Notes: a model not told the origin generated them from the sequence alone. DNA of 64,000 nt from an uncultured Pseudomonadales bacterium (GCA_964437755.1 CAYTIA010000005.1:802-64801); one strand, 5' to 3'; counted from the first letter of the stretch, positions 30,086 to 38,772 are shown. Made by a program: numbers and translations.

Positions 30086-30621
30086 TATTTATTGTTTATT
30101 GAACCACCTTGATATTTTTCTTTGTATCTCTGGAGAGTTTTCTTGATTAATTCCGACTGTTTCTTGTAAAGAGCTATATTTTCGAGCGGAGTATGTTTAA
30201 GCTGTTGATAGTTCCAGCTACAAAGCTCCGGATGATTAAAAGGGATAAACTGTACATGAAGATGATCTGTAACGCTCATTTGGGCTTGTTCACCACCTTC
30301 ACGAATTAAGGTCCACATCCCTCTACAACCATGAATTTTTTTGATTAATTTTTTAGCTAGATAACTGTATTTTCTGATAGTTTCCCATTGAGCTGAAGAC
30401 AATTCTTTGGGCGAACTAATATGCTGACGGGGAATAGCCATTAGCTGTCCGTCGGTATATGGATAAAGATTCACCGTTAAAACGATCTCATTTTCCTCTA
30501 GCAAGATATACTTTTTTTTAAGATCACAAAATACACATTTACCAGTATTTTGCCAGATTTTCTCATACTCTCCAGTCGTCCTGGCATTCTTCTTATACTG
30601 CTGATCCTGTGTGTGATTCAT
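30085..30621 (-). CDS. HIT-superfamily nucleotidyltransferase/phosphorylase of the GalT/Ap4A-phosphorylase branch
   Basis: CxxC (CVFC) followed by HLHVQ (HxHxQ variant of the histidine triad). Confidence 0.6.
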   Translation of the reverse strand: MNHTQDQQYKKNARTTGEYEKIWQNTGKCVFCDLKKKYILLEENEIVLTVNLYPYTDGQLMAIPRQHISSPKELSSAQWETIRKYSYLAKKLIKKIHGCRGMWTLIREGGEQAQMSVTDHLHVQFIPFNHPELCSWNYQQLKHTPLENIALYKKQSELIKKTLQRYKEKYQGGSINNK

Positions 30622-30636
30622 AACAACATTTGTTTA

Positions 30637-31209
30637 TCAACTTGGCAACTTTCCAGAATCGCCTAACGGTCTTTTTGTTTCTCCCATGAAATCTTTTAAA
30701 ATATCATTGAGTTGTGCTGAAGCGCTTTTTTTAAGTATCTGAGTGGTAGAGATAAACGGAGACTGACGATCTACTAGTTCGACTCTGCCTCCATTGTTAA
30801 CAACAGTTTGGTATTCTGGAGAATCTTGATAACCACTGTTCCAGTCTTCTTTAACGGTTACATATACATCTGGTTGGAGTTGATCTAGAGTAGGTTGATT
30901 ACTAAGAGTGGGAACAATTGTAACCAGATCAACGAATCTGAGATAACTAATCATCTCGGCTCTGATCTTTTCATCTAATATGGGGCGATTAGGACCCTTG
31001 AGAGTGCTAACGGTTTGATTGCTACTTACTCCGACTATCAAAACATCAGCTTGCTTTTTTGCCTCAGCTAAATATCTAACTTGGCCGACATGCAACATAT
31101 CCCAGGCACCAGCTGTATAAACTATTGTTTTTTTCTTAGCATGAATAATTTTTCCTGTCTCTTCGATTTTATTTGGAAGAATCAGTCTTCTTTTCCAGTT
31201 AAATGCCAT
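30637..31209 (-). CDS. HxGH-type cytidylyl/adenylyltransferase (TagD/RfaE-domain-II-like)
   Basis: YTAGAWDMLHVGQVRYL (HxGH) plus a downstream ISTT motif region. Confidence 0.65.
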   Translation of the reverse strand: MAFNWKRRLILPNKIEETGKIIHAKKKTIVYTAGAWDMLHVGQVRYLAEAKKQADVLIVGVSSNQTVSTLKGPNRPILDEKIRAEMISYLRFVDLVTIVPTLSNQPTLDQLQPDVYVTVKEDWNSGYQDSPEYQTVVNNGGRVELVDRQSPFISTTQILKKSASAQLNDILKDFMGETKRPLGDSGKLPS

Positions 31210-31240
31210 GTTGTTGTATGTATCTTAATTATTGATAAAA

Positions 31241-31266
31241 AACCAAAAATAACCCGCCAGTGCGGG
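31241..31266 (-). terminator. Rho-independent terminator on the minus strand between the APH-like kinase gene and the cytidylyltransferase gene
   Basis: Minus strand reads CCCGCACUGGCGGG followed by UUAUUUUUGGUUUUUU. Confidence 0.5.
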
Positions 31267-31304
31267 CAGCCTGTTTTCTCTTATTCTAATCATTTATATC
31301 AGGA

Positions 31305-32381
31305 TTAGATGGGTAAAAGCAACCGCTGGTTTCCGTATTTAATAAGATAATCTCTGGTTCTTAAAAAATGTTGGTTTTGATATAGATATTCATAGGGATT
31401 GTGCTTGAAAAACTGGTAGAGGTCAATTAACAAATACATAAAAACCAGTTCTGTGATTAACAAGTGATTAGGTTGAGCAATATTAACTCTTTTTACATAT
31501 CCTGAATCAATAAAATACTTAACAATTTTCTGGGGATTTTTGTTCTTGCAGTCAACAAGTAAAAAAGCTAATGTTCTAGAGATATCAAGCTCTCTTGGAC
31601 CAAGAGCTGCCTTTTCAAAATCTAAAACTCCAGTTACAGCTAGACTTTTATTTGTAACGGTTTTTTGTTCAAGTTTAAGAACGAATTTATCGTCAAAATG
31701 ACAATTTGTAATATTCTTGAATAGAATATTGCCACGCACAAAGTCTAGATGAAGGAGTTGAGACTTTTTATGAGCATTAAGCCACTTTAGAAGCTTAGCG
31801 TACCTTGATAAATAGACTGGGTTTATTCTAAGTTTTAGTTTTTGTTCAATTGCTGTTTGAGTTTCAATATTTGTAAAATAGTTGTTCATTTTTGTCAATT
31901 TTTGTTGAAGATTAGAACATTCTTTGCTAGCTATTATATTTATGTTGTGACTAATTCTTTCTAAATCTTGATGCAGATAACCCAAAACTTGACCCAAAAG
32001 TTTAATGTGTTTTTTGCTATAGCTTTCCCACTCAATAGTGGATCCATCTAGGTAATTGTACAAACAACAAAAAATAGTTTTATCTCTAGTGTGGAGTTTC
32101 AAGATTTCTTGATTGTTGGTTGAGATAGTTTGACGAGTTGGCCAGCCATTATTGGCGAGTTGGTTTGAGATGAGATTGGTGAGCTTAATTTTTTCAAGAA
32201 TTTTTGGTTCTCTTTTGTAAAAAATTAGAGCTAGTTTTTCTGGTTTATCGCCATGAATCTCAATGGGTATTATTGAGTTTCGATAACCAGATTGAGTAGG
32301 TTTAATGGATATATCATTTTGATGATATTCAAACTGTGTTAAAACTCTTTTGATAACAGCTTGGCTTACTTTTGCTGGCAT
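31305..32381 (-). CDS. Protein-kinase-fold small-molecule kinase (APH/choline-kinase/HSK-II-like)
   Basis: Catalytic loop LLHLDFVRGNILF (HxDxxxxN) and VLDFEKAALG (DFx metal-binding). Confidence 0.6.
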   Translation of the reverse strand: MPAKVSQAVIKRVLTQFEYHQNDISIKPTQSGYRNSIIPIEIHGDKPEKLALIFYKREPKILEKIKLTNLISNQLANNGWPTRQTISTNNQEILKLHTRDKTIFCCLYNYLDGSTIEWESYSKKHIKLLGQVLGYLHQDLERISHNINIIASKECSNLQQKLTKMNNYFTNIETQTAIEQKLKLRINPVYLSRYAKLLKWLNAHKKSQLLHLDFVRGNILFKNITNCHFDDKFVLKLEQKTVTNKSLAVTGVLDFEKAALGPRELDISRTLAFLLVDCKNKNPQKIVKYFIDSGYVKRVNIAQPNHLLITELVFMYLLIDLYQFFKHNPYEYLYQNQHFLRTRDYLIKYGNQRLLLPI

Positions 32382-32437
32382 ATTTACTTGATTTTTCTTG
32401 GAGTATAATCTATTTAGTTAGAAATGATAAATAACCT

Positions 32438-33205
32438 ATGAAAATTACTGCAGTTAAAACTCCAGTTGTTAGGGCAGGTGATACTCTTTTTGAACATATT
32501 GCTAATTGTATTCCTTCACTAGAAGAAAAGTCGGTGTTGGTAGTGGTCTCAAAAATTATCAGTTATTCCCAGAATCGACTAATTCCAATCAATGATGGAA
32601 CTCACGAAGAGAAGTATGAGATTGTGAAGCAGGAGGCAGATTTGTATTTACCCAATAGCATTTCTAGATATGACTTGATGTTTACCATTAAAAATGGTCA
32701 TTTAACTGTTAATGCTGGAGTAGATGAGTCAAATGCCAATGACCATTATTTACTATGGCCAACCGATCTTCAGCAAGAGGTTAATAACATCTGGAAATTT
32801 TTACGCGAGCATTATCACCTAAAGAAGGTTGGAGTGATTGTTACTGATAGCAGAACATGGCCGTTACGCTGGGGAGTAGTTGGTACCTGTCTAGCTCACT
32901 GCGGCTTTAAGCAGTTATATGATTACAGGGGGCAACCAGACGTATTTGGCAGAGAGATTCATTTTGTTCAACAAAACATTGCAGAAGCAATGGCTAGTTT
33001 TTCGGTGTTGGAGATGGGTGAGGTGGCTGAACAAACGCCATTGGGAATAATTGAGAATATCAAAAAAATTGAGTTTCAAGATCACGAACCAACACAGCAA
33101 GAATTAGCAGATCTCTTAATCAATATAGATGATGATATGTATGGGCCTTTGCTAACAAGTGTCTCTTGGCAAAAGGGTGGTGGAGGAATTAAGCTTGAGA
33201 GATAA
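32438..33205 (+). CDS. CofE-like (F420-0:gamma-glutamyl ligase family) protein
   Basis: Collinear with archaeal CofE as I remember it: VLVVVSKIISYSQNR, TVNAGVDESNA, KKVGVIVTDSRTWPLRWGVVGTCLAHCGF. Confidence 0.7.
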   Translation: MKITAVKTPVVRAGDTLFEHIANCIPSLEEKSVLVVVSKIISYSQNRLIPINDGTHEEKYEIVKQEADLYLPNSISRYDLMFTIKNGHLTVNAGVDESNANDHYLLWPTDLQQEVNNIWKFLREHYHLKKVGVIVTDSRTWPLRWGVVGTCLAHCGFKQLYDYRGQPDVFGREIHFVQQNIAEAMASFSVLEMGEVAEQTPLGIIENIKKIEFQDHEPTQQELADLLINIDDDMYGPLLTSVSWQKGGGGIKLER

Positions 33206-33207
33206 TC

Positions 33208-33957
33208 ATGATAAAAAAATCGGCTCTCTTATCCTCTCAACTTCTATTTGATGAAGCCAAGAAAATTGGTTTAGATCCTAAATGGGAAACAGATTATGGA
33301 TTATTCTCAGTGAGTCTTAATAACTCTCCGAAGAGGGAGTTCTTTTTTCATTCTAATCTTAATCTTAATGGGGAGTTATCTAGAATTCTAGTTAAGAATA
33401 AACATTTTACACGCCTGATCTTGGAAAAAAATAATTTTGTGAATATTCCGTATATTTTGCCTCGTTCTTCAGAAAAATTACAAGACTTTTTTGAGCAATA
33501 TCAGCCGATTATCTGTAAGCCTCTCTTGGGTCAGAAATCAAAAAGAGTGTATTTAATTAAAACAGTAGAACGTTTACAGAAATGTTCTCTTAAAATGAAT
33601 TTTTTTGAAAAGTATATCGATGGGGAAGAGTGTCGTTATTTAATTTTGCAGAATCAAGTGATTGCTGTGCAAAGAAAAAAACTATCTCCGACAAAAAAGT
33701 ATCCGTGGAATTTACACTACATAGGGGTTGAGAAGTTGCATTGGAATAACGATCTTGTAGAAGAATCTTTACGAATTGCTAACATATTTAATTTACGATG
33801 GGCAGCCGTCGATTTTATTATTGATGCAGCAGGAAAAGCCTGGGTACTTGAAGTAAACTCTTCTCCTGGAATAGTGAAAATCCACAATCCAGATGAGGGA
33901 GTAAGAGTAAATGCGGCGGAGTTGATCTGGAAAGCAATAACTGCTAAATACAATTAA
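33208..33957 (+). CDS. ATP-grasp ligase (RimK/CofF/MptN-like)
   Basis: ICKPLLGQKSKRVYL, EKYIDGEECRYLIL, AAVDFIIDAAGKAWVLEVNSSPG. Confidence 0.7.
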   Translation: MIKKSALLSSQLLFDEAKKIGLDPKWETDYGLFSVSLNNSPKREFFFHSNLNLNGELSRILVKNKHFTRLILEKNNFVNIPYILPRSSEKLQDFFEQYQPIICKPLLGQKSKRVYLIKTVERLQKCSLKMNFFEKYIDGEECRYLILQNQVIAVQRKKLSPTKKYPWNLHYIGVEKLHWNNDLVEESLRIANIFNLRWAAVDFIIDAAGKAWVLEVNSSPGIVKIHNPDEGVRVNAAELIWKAITAKYN

Positions 33958-35243
33958 ATTAGTTTTTCAACCGCTCCTACCAGTTCATCATCATTAAAAT
34001 ATTTAAGTAGTTCTTTTTGCCAATTGGGTACAGAGATATCAACATCAGGATTAACTCCGTTGCTCTCTATAGCAATACCATCAGAGCGAAGTGTTAAATG
34101 ATGAACTAAAAATATTGAGTACTCTTGCGTTTGATTAACCTGATTTTTGATTGGAAAAATGCGCTCTACTGTTCCCCAACCTTTGGTGGTGGTGCCGATC
34201 AGTACTCCTACATTATATTTTTGTAGTACATCAGCCATTACCTCGGCGCTAGATTGCACTTCTTCATCAATCAGTACTACGACTTTTTTATAACGAGCCA
34301 AAGTTGGTAACCAACCGACCTTGGTTTTAAAATCAGTGGTTTTTCCTTGTTGAAGCATTTGGTAAGCGTATTGATTATTGCCGATGAATGGTCCTAAAAA
34401 ATAGGGGAGACCATCAATTGCTCCTCCAATATTACCTCTTAAATCTAGAATTAAGCTAGATAATCGCTCATCCTCTCCATCAACCTTTTGAGTGATTTCT
34501 AGCAGTTCCTCAACGGTTGTAGGTGAAAACTGTTTAATTTTTAAGTAAAAAATTTGAGGAGAAATTAGCCTCCATTCCATAGTAGGATTAACACCAGATT
34601 TATCATAACGCTCACGATTTTCTTGACTTAGTAAAGTTTGCTGAGCTAATTCGAGTTGAGCTAGTTGCTGTTTTGATTCTGGGGTGTCTTCTGTCTGGAG
34701 GAGCTCCTTTTGTTTGTGGTAGGCTTGCTCAACCTCTTCATTGGTGGCTTCAGGATTGACTCCTAGTGATTGATAGTGATCAAGATCGGGATTAATGTTA
34801 CTCACTTTTTCTACAAGTTCTTTTTCAAGCTGTTGTGAGTAAAGTCGGCTACGACCAAATGGTTCTAGGTTAGCTAGAACCAGATCGGCTAATTGGGTTG
34901 TAAACTCTTCCTTGGTAGAATCGTCAGTGTAGTTCTCGAGAATAGCTATAATTTCGTCATCAAGATCTTGATAAGTTTTTATTCTGTCTCCTAGAGGTTG
35001 AGCGACAATCTGTTCTATAGCTTTGACATGCAATCGCACTAAAGCGTCTTCAGAAAAAGAATCCCAGTAGTTTTCTTGAATGATAACCCTAACTTCCTGT
35101 AAAAAGGCTAGGTATTTATTTTCGGGCTCATTGGTTTTTGTAAACCACTCAGATTTATATCTTGAAATAAACAGTCCGCCAGAAATTCCAAAAAGAAAAA
35201 TGACAATAATAAACAGCAGTGATTTGATTTTGCTATTGCGCAT
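33954..35243 (-). CDS. S41 family C-terminal processing peptidase (no PDZ) with an inserted degenerate J-domain-like segment
   Basis: S41 catalytic region LILDLRGNIGG ... VVVLIDEEVQSSAEVMADVL. The segment DHYQSLGVNPEATNEEVEQAYHKQKELLQTEDT...RERYDKSG resembles a DnaJ J-domain but lacks HPD. Confidence 0.7.
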   Translation of the reverse strand: MRNSKIKSLLFIIVIFLFGISGGLFISRYKSEWFTKTNEPENKYLAFLQEVRVIIQENYWDSFSEDALVRLHVKAIEQIVAQPLGDRIKTYQDLDDEIIAILENYTDDSTKEEFTTQLADLVLANLEPFGRSRLYSQQLEKELVEKVSNINPDLDHYQSLGVNPEATNEEVEQAYHKQKELLQTEDTPESKQQLAQLELAQQTLLSQENRERYDKSGVNPTMEWRLISPQIFYLKIKQFSPTTVEELLEITQKVDGEDERLSSLILDLRGNIGGAIDGLPYFLGPFIGNNQYAYQMLQQGKTTDFKTKVGWLPTLARYKKVVVLIDEEVQSSAEVMADVLQKYNVGVLIGTTTKGWGTVERIFPIKNQVNQTQEYSIFLVHHLTLRSDGIAIESNGVNPDVDISVPNWQKELLKYFNDDELVGAVEKLI

Positions 35244-35272
35244 ATAAGATATCTCTACTGTATACTACAGTT

Positions 35273-35854
35273 ATGGAAAATATCCCGCAAGTTTTTATTA
35301 TTGTAGCAACCAGTCTTGATGGATTTATTGCTCAAACAAGAGAGCAGTCATCAGTTAGTTGGGCAAGCAAAGAAGACAATCAGTTTTTCCATCAAAAAAC
35401 AAAAGAGGCAGGGGTGATAGTGATGGGTAGTTCGACATTTAAAACCATTGATCCAAAATATCTGCCTCTTTCTGATCGTCTGAACATTGTTTATACAAAT
35501 TTTTCCAGCGATACTTTAGTAAAAGAACTTGGACTAAACCAAAGAAAGGTTAATCAAAGAAACTTGATGATAACCACTCAACCTCCAAAAGATTTAGTAA
35601 AAGAATTGGGAAAGATGGGCTATAAGCAGGTTGCGATTTGTGGTGGGAGTTCCATTTATACTCAGTTTCTGCAATCAGGGTTAGTAAGCAAAATTTTTGT
35701 TACTGTTGAGCCAGTTATTTTTGGTGATGGCATTAAACTTTTTAATCAGGTAGAAACAAAGAAAATGAAGCTATTGTCTATAAAGCAGCTCAATGATCGA
35801 GGCACATTACAACTTGAATATGAGTTAATCAATGAAAGTCAGAATGAAGGTTAA
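35273..35854 (+). CDS. Dihydrofolate reductase family (RibD C-terminal-like) protein
   Basis: VFIIVATSLDGFIA...GVIVMGSSTFKTI pattern of DHFR/RibD-C proteins. Confidence 0.55.
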   Translation: MENIPQVFIIVATSLDGFIAQTREQSSVSWASKEDNQFFHQKTKEAGVIVMGSSTFKTIDPKYLPLSDRLNIVYTNFSSDTLVKELGLNQRKVNQRNLMITTQPPKDLVKELGKMGYKQVAICGGSSIYTQFLQSGLVSKIFVTVEPVIFGDGIKLFNQVETKKMKLLSIKQLNDRGTLQLEYELINESQNEG

Positions 35855-36275
35855 GATTAAATTGATCAATGACTCTTTACCGGTTCCAGGATATCAGACT
35901 TCTGATTCAGCTGCTTTTGATCTCTATTCTAGACTTGATGTAGAAATTTTGCCTAAGGCTGTTTTTTTGGTGCCTTTAAATGTGATTTTACAGATTCCAA
36001 AAAATCATTGGGTTTTGATGGCAGCTCGAAGCAGTCTGCATAAAAAAGGTTTAATGTTGATTAATGGTATCGGGGTTGGAGATTATGATTATCAGGGAGA
36101 AAATGATGAATACCATGCGGCCTTATTTAACTTTTCTGATCAAACAGTCAAACTCAAAAAAGGCGACAGACTGGTTCAGGCAATTGTGTTGCCAAGAGAA
36201 AAAGTTGAGTTTTCAAAAATAGATGTTATTGCCGAGAATGATAAAAGCAGAGGAGGATTTGGTTCCACAGGTTAA
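35832..36275 (+). CDS. dut: dUTP diphosphatase
   Basis: Trimeric dUTPase motifs: SAAFDLYS, ARSSL, GVGDYDYQGE, C-terminal RGGFGSTG. Confidence 0.85.
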   Translation: MKVRMKVKIKLINDSLPVPGYQTSDSAAFDLYSRLDVEILPKAVFLVPLNVILQIPKNHWVLMAARSSLHKKGLMLINGIGVGDYDYQGENDEYHAALFNFSDQTVKLKKGDRLVQAIVLPREKVEFSKIDVIAENDKSRGGFGSTG

Positions 36276-36405
36276 AAAGCTGGATAAACTTTTTTGTTAT
36301 TCATATGTAAGTATTTTTTGCTCTTGAATAATAAATATGGATTGTTTATATTGGTTTTCAGTCTGCCCATCACTCGTTATTTCTTAATTAAATGAGAGGT
36401 CTTCT

Positions 36406-38079
36406 TTGAAAAAAACAGAGGTGGGATCGTATTTACCTCCTGACATTATTAAAGAGGGAGATTGCCAAGTTTTAATTGACGTTGGTTCTTCATCCACGAA
36501 ATTATACTTGGAGTGTGAAGGTAAAATATTAGGGGATAAAGATGACTGGGTTTATGTTAATAAAGAGGTTATTGATGTTGGGGGTCAGCAGGCAAGGGTA
36601 ATTCGTCCCGATGATCTTCAGCAGTACATTGAAACAATATCTCAGTTTAGTGCTTCAAGATATATTCTAACAAGCCTATTACACAGTTTGGTGGTGGTTG
36701 CCAATACTCAGCAAGGAGAGGTGGCAGTAGCTTTTATGTGTGATCCCAATTTTGAGCCTGACTGGCGAGAAGATAGAGTTTCGCAATTATTGGCTAGTAG
36801 AACCGAGTTTGCAGAGTCGGTGCAAAATATGTCAAGATCCTGGCTTCATAAATTAGTTGCCTTGCTTCAAAACTATTCAGCTATTGCCCAGGAACTAGAA
36901 TTGCCAGAAGATCCTGCTGACATTTCATTAGTTACGACTATTCCAGGTTATATTATCTTAAAATTAAGGGGGGATGATGAGGGGTTTATACCAGGAAATG
37001 AGCCAAAAATTCCTGATTTATCAATCGAGTTTATTCAAGATCTATTGGTTGAATTTGGCTTCCCGATAAACTCCATCATGCAGTTGTTAGATACACTAGT
37101 CATTGAGGGAAATGGAGATAAGCCAGAAGTAGCAACTTATAGTGACACTACAGCTGAAATGTTGGCAATTCAAAAAATTGTTCAACATTTTCAAGCCCAA
37201 GCGGTTGTAATTTCAACAGATTCAGTTTACAAAGCTATTGTTATTTCTGATAAACCAATTGAGGGTTTAAAAAACAGTGTTGATGGAGTTTATTATAGTA
37301 GTGCCAGAACTGGTTTTGGTAATCTTTGTGGAGTAGTTTTACTACCCCTACTTGAAAATAAAGAAGATTTTTTAGGTCTTCGCATTAAACTGAATATTTA
37401 TGAACTAGTTGATGAGTTTATTCAAAAATCATTTGATGAGGGGTTGCTAGATAACTTTAATCCTGATTATCATTTTTTTGCTTGTGAGTCTGGAGATTAT
37501 TTGTGCGTAGATCATGAGGGTAATCAGATCGATTATAAACGGGAGGCTCAAAGGCTAGTTGATCAAAATAATGTTGACCAATATCGAAACCTAGTTTTAT
37601 CTGTAATTTTAGGTTCTGCGTTCTCATTAAGACAAAAATCAGATTACGTTTATCATCAAACTTACAGAAATGATGAGTGGCAGGGTCAGTCAGCTGATAC
37701 AGTTGTTTACTATGGTGGCTTTTTACAGCACTCAGTCAGGGGTGATGGTAAGATTGGCGGGGGAATAACGAGATTGTTTATTGGGACTCATGATAAACAT
37801 ACCAGTGTTATGATGACTCCACTTTATACTGCAGCTGAAGCAGCCTCAATAGTTGGGGCAAATGACACAGAGGCTGAAGAAACAATGCTTGAGCGTTATC
37901 AACCAACTATGATAGATAGAAAAACAGGAATTTTTTCAACTCAATACCAAGAGTGGCACAGACAAGTAAAAAGAAATATAGATCAAGGTGTTCTATTAGC
38001 TACATCTTTAGGAGGAGTGGAGCTAAATAAATTCGTTGACAACACTATGGCGGGGTATGATCAGAAGCACAATAATTAG
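36406..38079 (+). CDS. Hypothetical 557-aa protein, possible ASKHA (actin/Ppx-GppA-like) ATPase fold
   Basis: TTG start; N-terminal VLIDVGSSSTKLYL resembles the phosphate-1 loop of sugar-kinase/Ppx-GppA proteins; the rest is uncharacterised. Confidence 0.35.
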   Translation: MKKTEVGSYLPPDIIKEGDCQVLIDVGSSSTKLYLECEGKILGDKDDWVYVNKEVIDVGGQQARVIRPDDLQQYIETISQFSASRYILTSLLHSLVVVANTQQGEVAVAFMCDPNFEPDWREDRVSQLLASRTEFAESVQNMSRSWLHKLVALLQNYSAIAQELELPEDPADISLVTTIPGYIILKLRGDDEGFIPGNEPKIPDLSIEFIQDLLVEFGFPINSIMQLLDTLVIEGNGDKPEVATYSDTTAEMLAIQKIVQHFQAQAVVISTDSVYKAIVISDKPIEGLKNSVDGVYYSSARTGFGNLCGVVLLPLLENKEDFLGLRIKLNIYELVDEFIQKSFDEGLLDNFNPDYHFFACESGDYLCVDHEGNQIDYKREAQRLVDQNNVDQYRNLVLSVILGSAFSLRQKSDYVYHQTYRNDEWQGQSADTVVYYGGFLQHSVRGDGKIGGGITRLFIGTHDKHTSVMMTPLYTAAEAASIVGANDTEAEETMLERYQPTMIDRKTGIFSTQYQEWHRQVKRNIDQGVLLATSLGGVELNKFVDNTMAGYDQKHNN

Positions 38080-38127
38080 ATAAATTTTCCGTTATACTTC
38101 ATTTATTAAAAGTAACAGTTAATTTTT

Positions 38128-38772
38128 ATGACAGATAACAAACAATCAGGTTTTTTAATAACTCTTGAGGGAGGTGAGGGAGGAGGAAAGTCTACTCAAT
38201 CAGTGAGATTGAGGCAGAAGCTTTCTGAAGAAGGAAGGGATGTAGTTGTTTTGCGAGAGCCCGGTGGTACAGCCATCAGCGAACAGATTCGCCAAGTTGT
38301 TTTATCTCCAACCAATACCAGCATGGCTTTTACCACTGAGGTTTTACTGTTTCAGGCTGCCCGTGCACAAATTTATCGAGAAATAGTTATTCCATCATTA
38401 AAAGCTGGCAAGGTGGTAATCATGGATCGCTCGCGTGACAGCAGCGTTGTCTATCAGGGTATGGTGAGAGGGTTTGGCAAGGAGTTAATTAATAATCTTA
38501 ATGATTTATCTACCGATAAAACTCTTCCCAATCTAACTATTTTACTAGATCTTCCAGTTGCTATGGGTTTACAACGAAGAGAGGAATCAGGAAAAATTGA
38601 TAGACTCGATATGGAGGCACAAGACTTTCATCAAAAAGTCAGAGATGCTTATTTAGAGTTGGCAAGGGAGGATAAAACGAACAGGTGGGTGATTGTTGAT
38701 GCTCAGAAAACTGTTGATGAGGTAGAATTAGAAATTTGGCAGGAAATTAATAAAAGGGTTTTTGGTAACTGA
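38128..38772 (+). CDS. tmk: Thymidylate kinase
   Basis: FLITLEGGEGGGKST P-loop; LID region with RSRD. Confidence 0.85.
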   Translation: MTDNKQSGFLITLEGGEGGGKSTQSVRLRQKLSEEGRDVVVLREPGGTAISEQIRQVVLSPTNTSMAFTTEVLLFQAARAQIYREIVIPSLKAGKVVIMDRSRDSSVVYQGMVRGFGKELINNLNDLSTDKTLPNLTILLDLPVAMGLQRREESGKIDRLDMEAQDFHQKVRDAYLELAREDKTNRWVIVDAQKTVDEVELEIWQEINKRVFGN

